Shown: positions 19,743 to 29,341 of the stretch, piece by piece | How positions within the stretch are numbered: position 1 is the first letter of the stretch | Layout of the letters: each line of letters starts with the position of its first letter | Program-made: the position numbers and the translations under genes | Notes under the pieces: generated by a model | What the model was told of the DNA's origin: nothing | The model's database searches: none | What the model saw: only the letters and a program-made list of their open reading frames with translations | Source of the DNA: Pseudomonadota bacterium | GTDB taxonomy: Bacteria > Pseudomonadota > Alphaproteobacteria > Caulobacterales > Hyphomonadaceae | Direction of reading: 5' to 3' | Assembly: GCA_039191105.1 (NCBI GenBank) | Contig: JBCCXW010000001.1 | Span: 23,353-87,352, forward strand | DNA length: 64,000 nt

Positions 19743-20738
19743 ATGTCCGCACCCGCCCGAAACGCAGAGACCGATCACCGTCGATTATCTATGCTGCGGT
19801 CTGCCTGCCAAGGCGCGGTGCGGGCAGCGCTCGACGCTGACGATGTTATCGAAATCCTCGCCAATCCCGACGGATCGATCTGGATCGAACGGGCCGGGCG
19901 CGGGATCGAGATCGAACCATCAGAGATTTCAGCCGCCGCGCGGGAACGGATAATCCGTCTCGTTGCTAGCAGTATCGGCGAGACCTGCGATCGGTCCGCC
20001 CCCATCATATCAGCCGAGCTGACCGGCACCGGCGAACGCTTTGAAGGCTTGTTGCCGCCCGTATCCGAAGCGCCGTGTTTCGCCATTCGCAAACCCGCTA
20101 CCGTGCCCTTCACGCTCAGTGACTATGTCGATCAGGGCGCGCTTTCGCCCGCCATGGCTGAAGCCATACGGCAGTCACTCGAAGACCAAGCAAACATTCT
20201 GATCGCTGGCGGCACATCATCCGGCAAGACAACCTTCACCAACGCGCTCCTGTCCGAACCCGTGCTCAAAGCTGATCGCGTAGTGATCCTCGAAGACACC
20301 CGCGAACTAAAATGCGCCGCGCAAAATGCAGTGTCGCTGCGAACGCATCGTGGGCGGATCGACCTTACCGATCTTGTGCGCTCAACCATGCGGCTCCGAC
20401 CGGACCGGATCGTCGTCGGCGAAGTGCGAGGCCCCGAAGCCCTCGATCTTTTGAAGGCCTGGAACACTGGCCACCCGGGTGGGATCACAACGCTGCATGC
20501 AAATTCAGCACGCGCTGCACTTGAACGGCTCGAACAGCTGACCTTGGAAGCGACGAACACAGCGCCATGCGCGCTGATCGCCGAGGCCATCGACGTTGTT
20601 GTCTTCATGAGCCGTTCTGGCGGGCAGCGCCGGGTCGAAGACGCTCTGCGCGTCACTGGTTTTGACGGCGGCGGTTACGTCACCGAGCCGCTGCTTTCGC
20701 GCTCGCTTTCCCTCGTCACCAAAGGAGACACTATATGA
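19743..20738 (+). CDS. trbB: P-type conjugative ATPase TrbB (VirB11-like)
   Basis: GGTSSGKTT; ILEDTREL; RLRPDRIVVGEVRG; TGHPGGITTLHA. Confidence 0.95.
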   Translation: MSAPARNAETDHRRLSMLRSACQGAVRAALDADDVIEILANPDGSIWIERAGRGIEIEPSEISAAARERIIRLVASSIGETCDRSAPIISAELTGTGERFEGLLPPVSEAPCFAIRKPATVPFTLSDYVDQGALSPAMAEAIRQSLEDQANILIAGGTSSGKTTFTNALLSEPVLKADRVVILEDTRELKCAAQNAVSLRTHRGRIDLTDLVRSTMRLRPDRIVVGEVRGPEALDLLKAWNTGHPGGITTLHANSARAALERLEQLTLEATNTAPCALIAEAIDVVVFMSRSGGQRRVEDALRVTGFDGGGYVTEPLLSRSLSLVTKGDTI

Positions 20739-21070
20739 TCCTCTACAATTTCACACGGGCGATAAACCGAACGGTTCAAGTCGCTGTTGCGATCGGCATC
20801 GGCATGTTGGTTGTGGGGCCTGCCCACGCTGCTGGCTCCGGCATGCCTTGGGAAGGGCCGCTTGATCAGATCCTGCAATCTATCGAAGGGCCGGTTGCCC
20901 GGATCGTTGCCGTCATCATCATTACCCTGACGGGGTTGACGCTCGCCTTTGGTGAGACGTCAGGCGGCATGCGCAAGCTGATCCAGATCGTGTTTGGCCT
21001 CTCGATCGCTTTTGCGGCCACCAGCTTCTTTCTTACCTTCTTCTCGTTCGGCGGCGGAGCGCTCGTCTAA
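20735..21070 (+). CDS. trbC: Pilin TrbC/VirB2
   Basis: AHAAGSGMPWEGPL..I..SI.GPVA. Confidence 0.92.
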   Translation: MILYNFTRAINRTVQVAVAIGIGMLVVGPAHAAGSGMPWEGPLDQILQSIEGPVARIVAVIIITLTGLTLAFGETSGGMRKLIQIVFGLSIAFAATSFFLTFFSFGGGALV

Positions 21071-21324
21071 TGGCCGAGGGCTATGAAATCCCCCTCCATC
21101 GCTCGCTTACCGAGCCGATCCTGATGGCGGGCGCCCCGCGCAGCGCCGCCATCGCCATCGGGACGCTCGCTGCAGCGCTCGCCCTTGGCCTTCGGCTCTG
21201 GATACCCGGCCTTCTCTTATGGGTGATCGGCCATTCAGCCGCCGTGTTCATGGCGCGAAGCGATCCGGATTTCATGGCGGTCGCCGCTCGATCAACCCGG
21301 CACAAGGAACATCTCTCATGCTGA
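21070..21324 (+). CDS. trbD: TrbD/VirB3
   Basis: PLHRSLTEPILMAGAPR; ARSDPDF. Confidence 0.9.
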   Translation: MAEGYEIPLHRSLTEPILMAGAPRSAAIAIGTLAAALALGLRLWIPGLLLWVIGHSAAVFMARSDPDFMAVAARSTRHKEHLSC

Positions 21325-23783
21325 ACCTTCGCGAATATGCCGACACGCCGAGGCTTCTGGCCGACTATCTGCCCTGGGCGTGTCTCGTCGCGCCAGGAGT
21401 CATCTTGAACAAGGACGGATCGTTCCAGACCACTTTCAAATATCGTGGACCTGATCTTGAAAGCTCAACTGAGGAAGAACTCGTTTCCGCCATGGCGCGG
21501 GTCAACAATGTGCTGCGCCGCTTCGGCTCTGGCTGGGCTTTGTTCTTTGAAGCGCAACGAGGTGAAGTCCACGATTATCCGGACAGTGATTTTCCTAATC
21601 CGATGTCATGGCTAGTGGATCAGGAACGGGCGCTGCAGGCCGAAGAAGCTGGCAGCCGGTTTGAGAGTTCTTATTGTCTCACGCTTTTGTGGCTGCCCCC
21701 AGCCGATGCGACAGGCCGCGCCGAGAAAGCGCTGATCCAACGCGCCGAAACTGAAGACGCTGCAACATGGCGACATCGGTTGGAGACGTTCGAGCAACAT
21801 GCCGCTCGCGTCTTCGATCTTCTGGCTATATGTCTGGCTGACATCGCCCGCCTTGATGATGATGAAACGCTGACCTTTCTGCACTCGACGGTTTCGACCA
21901 AACGGCACCCCGTCGTGACGCCGGAACTGCCAGTATTCCTCGACGCGATCCTTGCCGATGAGCCCTTTGCTGGCGGTCTCGAGCCCATGATCGGAGAGGC
22001 ACACCTACGCACGCTGACCATTCTCGGGTTTCCAGCCTCGACACTGCCCGGCATTCTCGATGAGTTAAACCGGCAAGGCTTTGCCTATCGCTGGTCAACT
22101 CGCTTCATCCCCATGGACAAAGCTGAAGCAGAAAAGGTTCTTGGCAAGAAACGCCGCCACTGGTTTGCTAAGCGCAAATCCATCGGCGCGGTTCTGCGCG
22201 AGACCATGTTCAATGAACAAGCCGCGCTGGTCGACAATGACGCCGACAATAAAGCATTAGACGCCGATGCAGCGTTGCAGGAACTTGGCAGCGATCTCGT
22301 TTCCTATGGTTATGTGACGACGACGATCACGGTCGCGGACACAGATCGACGCGCTGTCGATGAACACATCCGCATTGCCGAGCGCATCATCAATGGACGC
22401 GGCTTCACCGCGATCAAGGAGACTCTCAACGCGGTTGAAGCCTGGCTGGGCTCATTGCCGGGTCATCCGTACGCCAATGTCCGCCAACCCATACTGCACA
22501 CACTAAACCTTGCCCATATGGTGCCGCTTTCGGCGGTCTGGGCGGGGGAGGATACAAACCGGCATTTGTCTGCTCCCGCTCTGGTCCAGGCACAAACGGA
22601 CGGCACCACGCCCTTCCGCCTGAACCTGCATATCGAGGATGTTGGCCACACGCTCGTTGTTGGTCCCACCGGCGCGGGCAAGTCGGCGCTGCTCTCGCTG
22701 CTCGCCATGCAATGGCAGCGCTATGACCGCGCGCAGGTATTCATCTTCGACAAAGGTCGCTCCGCGCGCGCAACAACGCTCTGCATGGGCGGCGCGCATA
22801 TTGATCTAGGCAGCGCCAATGCACCGAGCCTTCAGCCCCTTCGTGAAATAGACACCGAGGCAGGGGCAAGTTTCGCAGCCGATTGGCTCGTTGGACTTTC
22901 GACAAGCGAAGGCGTTGCGATGACGCCGGACCTGAAAGCATCGCTATGGGAAGCGATCCAGGCGCTCGCCTCAGCGCCTGAAGCAGAACGCACCCTGACC
23001 GGCCTAACCCTGATGCTACAGGCTGAGACCCTGAAATCAGCACTCCATCCCTACACATTGGAAGGGCCCCGTGGGCGCTTGCTGGACGCCGATCATGAGA
23101 GCCTAACACTCGCGAGGACGGTCTGCTTCGAGATGGAAGAGTTGATGCATGCAGGCGCAGCCGCCGCGCCGGTCATCACCTATCTGTTCCATCGGCTGGA
23201 GGATCGCTTCGATGGAAGACCGACATTGCTCATTCTCGATGAAGCCTGGCTCTTTCTGGACAATCCGCTGTTTGCCTCCCGTATTCGCGAATGGCTCAAA
23301 ACACTCCGTAAGAAGAATGTGTCGGTCGTGTTCGCGACACAGAGCCTTGCAGATATTGCGAACTCATCGATTGCCCCGGCACTCGTCGAGAGCTGCCCCA
23401 CACGGATCTTTCTGCCGAACGAGCGCGCTCAGGAACCACAATCAAAAGAGACCTATGAGCGGTTCGGCCTCAACGCCCGCCAGATTGAGCTGATCAGCCG
23501 GGCGACGCCCAAGCGGGACTACTATTACCAGTCTCCGCTCGGTGCTCGTGTCTTCGATCTCGGCCTTGGCCCCATCGCCCTTTCAATCTGCGGAGCCGCA
23601 TCGCCGGAAGATCAGAAATTGATCAACCGGGTGTGGGCGGAAACCGAAGGGGACGGCTTCGCCGAATGCTGGCTCCACGAGAAAGGCCTGCCGTGGGCGG
23701 CTGAGCTTTTGGAGCGTTGGCCGGGGCATGCACGGCGATCCAAAGACGCCTTTCCGCCTCACCATGCCGTCGCCGCTGAATAG
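21318..23783 (+). CDS. trbE: TrbE/VirB4 ATPase
   Basis: MLNLREY start; GPTGAGKS; ILDEAW; LRKKNVSVVFATQS. Confidence 0.95.
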   Translation: MLNLREYADTPRLLADYLPWACLVAPGVILNKDGSFQTTFKYRGPDLESSTEEELVSAMARVNNVLRRFGSGWALFFEAQRGEVHDYPDSDFPNPMSWLVDQERALQAEEAGSRFESSYCLTLLWLPPADATGRAEKALIQRAETEDAATWRHRLETFEQHAARVFDLLAICLADIARLDDDETLTFLHSTVSTKRHPVVTPELPVFLDAILADEPFAGGLEPMIGEAHLRTLTILGFPASTLPGILDELNRQGFAYRWSTRFIPMDKAEAEKVLGKKRRHWFAKRKSIGAVLRETMFNEQAALVDNDADNKALDADAALQELGSDLVSYGYVTTTITVADTDRRAVDEHIRIAERIINGRGFTAIKETLNAVEAWLGSLPGHPYANVRQPILHTLNLAHMVPLSAVWAGEDTNRHLSAPALVQAQTDGTTPFRLNLHIEDVGHTLVVGPTGAGKSALLSLLAMQWQRYDRAQVFIFDKGRSARATTLCMGGAHIDLGSANAPSLQPLREIDTEAGASFAADWLVGLSTSEGVAMTPDLKASLWEAIQALASAPEAERTLTGLTLMLQAETLKSALHPYTLEGPRGRLLDADHESLTLARTVCFEMEELMHAGAAAAPVITYLFHRLEDRFDGRPTLLILDEAWLFLDNPLFASRIREWLKTLRKKNVSVVFATQSLADIANSSIAPALVESCPTRIFLPNERAQEPQSKETYERFGLNARQIELISRATPKRDYYYQSPLGARVFDLGLGPIALSICGAASPEDQKLINRVWAETEGDGFAECWLHEKGLPWAAELLERWPGHARRSKDAFPPHHAVAAE

Positions 23784-23793
23784 GAGCCAATCG

Positions 23794-24504
23794 GTGAAAC
23801 GCATGATCATGTCCGTAGTCCTATCGTGTTTGCCGCTGACGCTGATCTCCACACAGCCAGCGGCCGCGCAGTTCGGCTTTGGCGGGGTCGTCTATGACCC
23901 CGCCAATCACGCCCAGAATATTCTGACAGCGGTCCGGACGCTCCAACAGATCAATCAACAGATCCAGCAACTCACCCATGAAATCGAAATGCTCGAAAAC
24001 ATGGCGCGGGATCTGGAGAACCTGCCGGACAGTATTGCCGATGATATTTTACGCCGTATGCATCGCATCGATGAATTGATGCGGGAAGCCGAAGGCATCG
24101 GCTACGGCATCGAAGAAATCGAACGCGAATATGAGGTGATCTATCCAGAGGATTATGGCGCCGAGCCGCCAAGCCAGGCCGTCCTCGTCGAAGAAGCCCG
24201 CGCGCGGTGGCGTCAGTCCCGCTCAGCCTATCGCGAAAGTCTCCTGGTCACCGCAGAAGTGGTTTCAACGGCGCGCGCCGACAGTGAAAATCTCGACCGC
24301 TTGATCGGTGACAGCCAATCGGCTGCAGGAAATCTACAAGTCCTTCAAGCCGGAAATCAGATCGAGGCGCTGCAGACGCAGCAGCTCATGCAGATCGAGT
24401 CCATGATGGCCTCGCACTATCGCGCAGAAGCCTTGGAACGCGCCAGAGAGCTTGCTGAAGCCGAGCGTGGCCGCGCGCGCACCCGAAGCTTTCTCGGGAA
24501 CTAA
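23794..24504 (+). CDS. trbJ: TrbJ
   Basis: GVVYDPANHAQNILTAVRTLQQINQQI; AAGNLQVLQAGNQ; AGGAG RBS before GTG 23794. Confidence 0.9.
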   Translation: MKRMIMSVVLSCLPLTLISTQPAAAQFGFGGVVYDPANHAQNILTAVRTLQQINQQIQQLTHEIEMLENMARDLENLPDSIADDILRRMHRIDELMREAEGIGYGIEEIEREYEVIYPEDYGAEPPSQAVLVEEARARWRQSRSAYRESLLVTAEVVSTARADSENLDRLIGDSQSAAGNLQVLQAGNQIEALQTQQLMQIESMMASHYRAEALERARELAEAERGRARTRSFLGN

Positions 24505-24510
24505 TGCGCC

Positions 24511-25818
24511 ATGGATGTGATCGACACCTTTCTTGCGACCTTTATCGCTTACATTGACTCAGGTTTCGGCCTGCTGGCGGGCGATGTCGCTTATCTGTCG
24601 ACCACGCTGATCGCTATCGACATCACCCTGGCGGGCCTCTTCTGGGCGCTGTCTCAGAACACGGATGTAATTGCAGGCCTCCTAAAGAAAGTCCTTTATG
24701 TTGGCTTCTTCGCCTTCATCATTGGTAATTTCTCGCTCCTCGCAAACATCGTCTTCGACAGCTTTGCCGAACTTGGCGTAACCGCGGGCGGCGGGACCAT
24801 GACTGCCGCTGACCTTCTGCGGCCCGGATTCATCGCCAGCGTTGGTTTCGATGCTGCGCAGCCTTTGCTTGCCGAGATCAGCGACATGCTCGGCCCAATC
24901 TCATTTTTTCACAACTTCATCATGATCGCGGTGATGTTCATCGCTTGGGCCATCATCATGATCGCCTTCTTCATCCTGGCGGTGCAGCTCTTCATCACCA
25001 TCCTTGAGTTTAAGCTGACGACACTGGCTGGGTTCATTCTGGTGCCCTTCGCGCTCTGGAACAAAACGACTTTTCTGGCAGAGCGTGTCCTCGGCAATGT
25101 CATCACCTCGGGCATCAAACTGATGGTGCTCGCGGTGATCATCGGCATTGGCTCGACGCTGTTTGCATCGGTCACGGATGCGTTCCGTACCGGAACTGAT
25201 GTGACACTGGCGCAGGTCATGGGCACGGTCCTCGCAGCGATCGTCTTTTTCTGGATGGGGATCTTCGCGCCGGGTGTCGCCTCAGGTCTGATCACTGGCG
25301 CGCCGCAACTTGGCGCCGGGTCCGCCGCCGGCGCTGCCGCCGGTGTCGCGGCGGGAACTTATGTCGCTGGGATGGGCGGGCGGGCTGCTGTCGGTGCAGC
25401 GGCAGGCGGCGCATCAAGCGCTGTCAAAGCTGGCGCAAGCATGGCGGGCGCAGCCCGCACCTCGTACAAACTTGGCTCTGTTGCGTCGGGCGCGACAGGG
25501 GCTGGTGCTGTAGCCGCCGGTATTGCGGGCATGGCACGCGCAGGCGGTGACGCCATTCGCAGAACCGCAAGCCGTCCCGCCCAATCCCTCCAAGATGCTT
25601 ACCGACGTGGCAGCCAGGGCGCCTGGCGCGCCACCGGTGGTTCGGGCGGAAGCGACCTCTCCACACCATCCTCTGCAAGCGGGGGCCCCGGATGGGCGCG
25701 CCGCTTTCGAACCGAACAACGCATGGGTCAAGCCAGCCAGATGGCGGCCCATTCCTTACGCGATGGCGATGCAGGCTCTTCCGGCGCTGCGCCCCAACTC
25801 AATGACAAGGACGAGTAG
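24511..25818 (+). CDS. trbL: TrbL/VirB6
   Basis: IDSGFGLL; LEFKLTTLAGFILVPFALW; Gly/Ala-rich C-terminus. Confidence 0.93.
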   Translation: MDVIDTFLATFIAYIDSGFGLLAGDVAYLSTTLIAIDITLAGLFWALSQNTDVIAGLLKKVLYVGFFAFIIGNFSLLANIVFDSFAELGVTAGGGTMTAADLLRPGFIASVGFDAAQPLLAEISDMLGPISFFHNFIMIAVMFIAWAIIMIAFFILAVQLFITILEFKLTTLAGFILVPFALWNKTTFLAERVLGNVITSGIKLMVLAVIIGIGSTLFASVTDAFRTGTDVTLAQVMGTVLAAIVFFWMGIFAPGVASGLITGAPQLGAGSAAGAAAGVAAGTYVAGMGGRAAVGAAAGGASSAVKAGASMAGAARTSYKLGSVASGATGAGAVAAGIAGMARAGGDAIRRTASRPAQSLQDAYRRGSQGAWRATGGSGGSDLSTPSSASGGPGWARRFRTEQRMGQASQMAAHSLRDGDAGSSGAAPQLNDKDE

Positions 25819-26508
25819 ATGTTCAAACGATCTTCCACTTCCTATGGGCCAAGCCCGTTTCCTGAAACGCCCTACCAGAAGGCAGGTCAGATCTGGGATG
25901 AGCGTATCGGGTCGGCCCGCGTGCAGGCAAAGAACTGGCGGTTAATGGCGCTTGGCTGCCTCGGGCTTTGCTTTGTCACCTCCGGCGCGCTGGTGTGGCG
26001 GTCAATGCAATCGACCGTCACGCCCTATTTGGTCGAAGTCGATGAAACTGGCGCCGCTCGCGCCGTCGGACCTGCAACGGAACGCTACACGCCAAGCGAC
26101 GCGCAGATCGCCCATCACCTCGCAGGCTTCATAGAGAATGTGCGTGGATTATCCGTAGACCCGGTTGTGGTGCGCGAGAGTTGGCTGCGCGCCTACGACT
26201 TTGTCACCGACCGCGCATCAACAACCCTTAACGAATACGCCCAGGAGAGCGACCCTTTCGCCGATGTGGGTCGCAAGTCCCGCACCGTCGATGTGGTCAG
26301 CGTCGTGCGCGTTTCCGATGACAGTTTTCAGGCGCGCTGGATCGAGAAGGCCTATGAGAACGGCGCGTTGATCGGCGCGCAGCGCTTCACCGGCAATTTC
26401 ACCCTCATCACCCAGCCACCAACGGATGCGGAGACCCTCCGCGCCAACCCCCTTGGCCTTTATGTCCATTCCCTCAACTGGGGACAGGACCTCGTTACAG
26501 GAGAATGA
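25819..26508 (+). CDS. trbF: TrbF/VirB8
   Basis: TPYQKAGQIWDERIGSARVQAKNWR; NPLGLYV. Confidence 0.93.
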   Translation: MFKRSSTSYGPSPFPETPYQKAGQIWDERIGSARVQAKNWRLMALGCLGLCFVTSGALVWRSMQSTVTPYLVEVDETGAARAVGPATERYTPSDAQIAHHLAGFIENVRGLSVDPVVVRESWLRAYDFVTDRASTTLNEYAQESDPFADVGRKSRTVDVVSVVRVSDDSFQARWIEKAYENGALIGAQRFTGNFTLITQPPTDAETLRANPLGLYVHSLNWGQDLVTGE

Positions 26509-27506
26509 TCCCCATGCCGCGTTTTTTGATTTCCGCTTCCGCTTTGATGCTCATATCAGCCTGCGCAACGACGACTGAATTCGAACCGATTGATCCGGGT
26601 GCATTTGTAGCGGCCACCGCCGTCAACGACGATTATGACCTGCCGATTGAGATCGTTGAGACGGCCGTTGCGCTGCCCCTGCCGGGACAGATGAAAGCGA
26701 TTGAGTCGGCGCCGCCAGCGCCGCGCCTGTCACCAACACAGGCGATCAGGGAAGGCAGAGAGGGTGCGCTCATTGAGCCTTCGGTCGATGGCTATGTGAA
26801 CGCGATCCAGATTTATCCCTATACCGAAGGGGCGCTTTATCGACTGTATGCGAGCCCTGGCCAGGTTTCCGACATTGCGCTCCAACCAGGCGAAGAACTC
26901 GTTTCTGTTTCCGCGGGCGACACGGTGCGCTGGGTTGTCGGCGACACGAGTTCCGGATCCGGCGCAACGTCGCGCGCCCATGTTCTGGTCAAACCGATCA
27001 GTTCAGGCATCCGCACCAATCTGATGATCGCGACCAATCGGCGAACCTATCACCTGGAACTGGAAAGCGTATCCGGCGGCTATATGGCGGCCCTCTCATG
27101 GCGTTATCCAGCTGATGAACTCGCTGGGCTCACGGCGAGGAATGATCGCGCCATCGCTCGCGAAACCGGGTCTATCGAGCGTGGACTGACCCTTGAAGGT
27201 CTCAATTTCGACTATCGGATGAGCGGTGACAATCCTGCATGGAAGCCAGTCCGCGTCTTTGATGACGGGCGTCAGGTGTTCATCCAGATGCCAGACTCGA
27301 TCATCGCGACTGATCTACCGCCGCTCTTCGTCGTCGGCGACGATGGCGATGCCGAGCTCGTCAACTATCGCATCCGCGGCAATTATTATGTCGTCGACAG
27401 ACTGTTCCGAGCCGCCGAGCTTCGCCTTGGTGAACGGAATCAAACAGTCGTGCGGATCACACGCGTCCAACGCCGCACGGGCCTTGCAGCGATATTCGGG
27501 AGTTGA
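26505..27506 (+). CDS. trbG: TrbG/VirB9
   Basis: YPYTEGALYRLYASPGQVSDIALQPGE; VRVFDDGRQVFI. Confidence 0.93.
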   Translation: MIPMPRFLISASALMLISACATTTEFEPIDPGAFVAATAVNDDYDLPIEIVETAVALPLPGQMKAIESAPPAPRLSPTQAIREGREGALIEPSVDGYVNAIQIYPYTEGALYRLYASPGQVSDIALQPGEELVSVSAGDTVRWVVGDTSSGSGATSRAHVLVKPISSGIRTNLMIATNRRTYHLELESVSGGYMAALSWRYPADELAGLTARNDRAIARETGSIERGLTLEGLNFDYRMSGDNPAWKPVRVFDDGRQVFIQMPDSIIATDLPPLFVVGDDGDAELVNYRIRGNYYVVDRLFRAAELRLGERNQTVVRITRVQRRTGLAAIFGS

Positions 27507-27513
27507 TCGGCAG

Positions 27514-28767
27514 ATGACTGAACCGATTCCCTTCGACGAACATGCAGAGCGTTTGAAAATCCGCTCCAATCCGAAACCCGTCACACGGATCAATCGAAAG
27601 GTGTTGATGGTGGGCGCAGGTCTTGGTGTCTTAGGTCTCTTTGCGGCCATGAGCATCGCTTTGAAACCGCCCACAGCCGTCGCTCCGAATGAGCGCCGTG
27701 AACTCTACAACGTAACGAACAAGCGGACCCCCGATGGCCTTTCCACATTGCCAGCAAGCTACAGCGATGTTCGGCCTGATCCCATACCTGTACTCGGACC
27801 ACCGCTCGCGGGCGATCTGGGGGCCACAGTTCTACGGGCAGAGCGCGATCTCGGTATTGAGCCGGAATATGTACGCACCTTCGAAGATGACTTCAGGCCC
27901 AACCCGGTCGATGAAGCCGAACGCGCCCGGCGCATGCGTGAAGCTGCCCTCCAGGAAGAAGCCGCCCGTGCGCCTGTCTTTTTTCAGCTTCAATCGCAAA
28001 CAGGCAGCGAACGTGCAGCAGGCGCGACACCGACCTATCGCGACCCTGCACTCGATCTCGGGTCAGAACTTCTCGCACTCGCCTCGCTGCCGCCGGGCAC
28101 GCCGTCGGCTTTCGGGCAGGCAACTGACCCCAATCTTCAGTCGCGAAAGCTGGCTTTTGCAGGCGAAGGCGGGGGGGCGGATATCTACAATCCACACCAG
28201 ATCGAAGATCCTGCCTCGCCCTATCAGGTCATGGCGGGAACACTGATCCCGGCAAGCCTCGTCACTGGCATCAATAGTGATTTACCCGGAACGATTATCG
28301 CGCAAGTGACGCAGACCGTGTACGATACGGTCTCCGGGCGGTACGTTCTGATCCCGCAAGGCTCGCGTCTGATCGGGCGCTATCAGTCGGAAGTTTCCTT
28401 CGGTCAGGACCGAACGCTCGTGACTTGGGACCGGGTCATTTTTCCCGATGGGTCTTCTATTCAGATTTCGGCTCCCGGCGCTGATGCGCACGGCTATTCG
28501 GGTCTCTCTGATCGCACCGATCATCATTGGGATCGCGTCTTCGTGGCAGCAGGTCTTGCGACCATCTTAGGGATCGGCGCCGAACTTGGCAGTGATGGCG
28601 ACGGCGATATCGAACGCGCGATCAGGCGCGGCACGTCCGACACCGTGAATCAGGCCGGCCAACGCGTCGTCGATCGATACTTAGGCATTCAGCCGACCAT
28701 CCGTGTGCGTCCCGGCTGGCCGGTCCGCGTCATTGTCACCCGCGACCTTATTCTTCGTCCCCATTGA
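27514..28767 (+). CDS. trbI: TrbI/VirB10
   Basis: AGTLIPASLVTGINSDLPG; LIPQGSRLIG; PTIRVRPG. Confidence 0.93.
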   Translation: MTEPIPFDEHAERLKIRSNPKPVTRINRKVLMVGAGLGVLGLFAAMSIALKPPTAVAPNERRELYNVTNKRTPDGLSTLPASYSDVRPDPIPVLGPPLAGDLGATVLRAERDLGIEPEYVRTFEDDFRPNPVDEAERARRMREAALQEEAARAPVFFQLQSQTGSERAAGATPTYRDPALDLGSELLALASLPPGTPSAFGQATDPNLQSRKLAFAGEGGGADIYNPHQIEDPASPYQVMAGTLIPASLVTGINSDLPGTIIAQVTQTVYDTVSGRYVLIPQGSRLIGRYQSEVSFGQDRTLVTWDRVIFPDGSSIQISAPGADAHGYSGLSDRTDHHWDRVFVAAGLATILGIGAELGSDGDGDIERAIRRGTSDTVNQAGQRVVDRYLGIQPTIRVRPGWPVRVIVTRDLILRPH

Positions 28768-28780
28768 ACAGGAAACCGCC

Positions 28781-29017
28781 ATGTCCCTTCGTCTCCAAAA
28801 ACTCCCCGATCGAACCCCGGTGCGCATGAACCTAGCCGTCGATCCTGACCTTGCAGCAGCGCTTGCCGATTATGCTGAAATCTATCGTCAAACCTACGGA
28901 GCAGACGAAAAGCCGGAAGCACTGATCCCGGCCATGCTGGAGAGTTTTCTCAGGCAAGACGCCGGGTTCAAACGGGCGCGCAAAGCCCTTCACGCCAACG
29001 CCAGACAAGGAGAATGA
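28781..29017 (+). CDS. DUF2274-family protein
   Basis: LRLQKLPDRTPVR...LADYAEIY...LIPAMLESFL..D.GF; typical after trbI. Confidence 0.85.
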   Translation: MSLRLQKLPDRTPVRMNLAVDPDLAAALADYAEIYRQTYGADEKPEALIPAMLESFLRQDAGFKRARKALHANARQGE

Positions 29018-29322
29018 CCATGGCGACCATCGGTACATTTACAGAGAAGGACGGCGCCTACACCGGAACGATCCGTACCATGACGATAAACATCAAGGCT
29101 CAGCTCGTTCCAAACGACCACAAAGCGAGTGACGGTGCACCTGACTTTCGCCTCTATGCTGGAGGCGCCGAACTTGGTGCCGCCTGGCGGCAGGAAAGCA
29201 AAGATGGTGAGAAGCCATATCTTGCGGTGAAGCTGGACGATCCTAGCTTTGCCGGGCCTGTCCGAGCGGCGTTCTTTGAGAACGAGGCTGAAGGGACCGG
29301 CGTGATAGTCTGGAAGCGATGA
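29014..29322 (+). CDS. DUF736-family protein (second copy)
   Basis: MATIGTFT...YTGTIRT; APDFRLY; ELGAAW; YLAVKLDDPSF. Confidence 0.88.
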   Translation: MTMATIGTFTEKDGAYTGTIRTMTINIKAQLVPNDHKASDGAPDFRLYAGGAELGAAWRQESKDGEKPYLAVKLDDPSFAGPVRAAFFENEAEGTGVIVWKR

Positions 29323-29341
29323 GTCTGGCGCCTCGTTTCCA

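Noticed and set aside
19775-28922. Many alternative-frame and antisense ORFs within trb genes
   Set aside because: They fully overlap well-supported trb genes and have no family signal.
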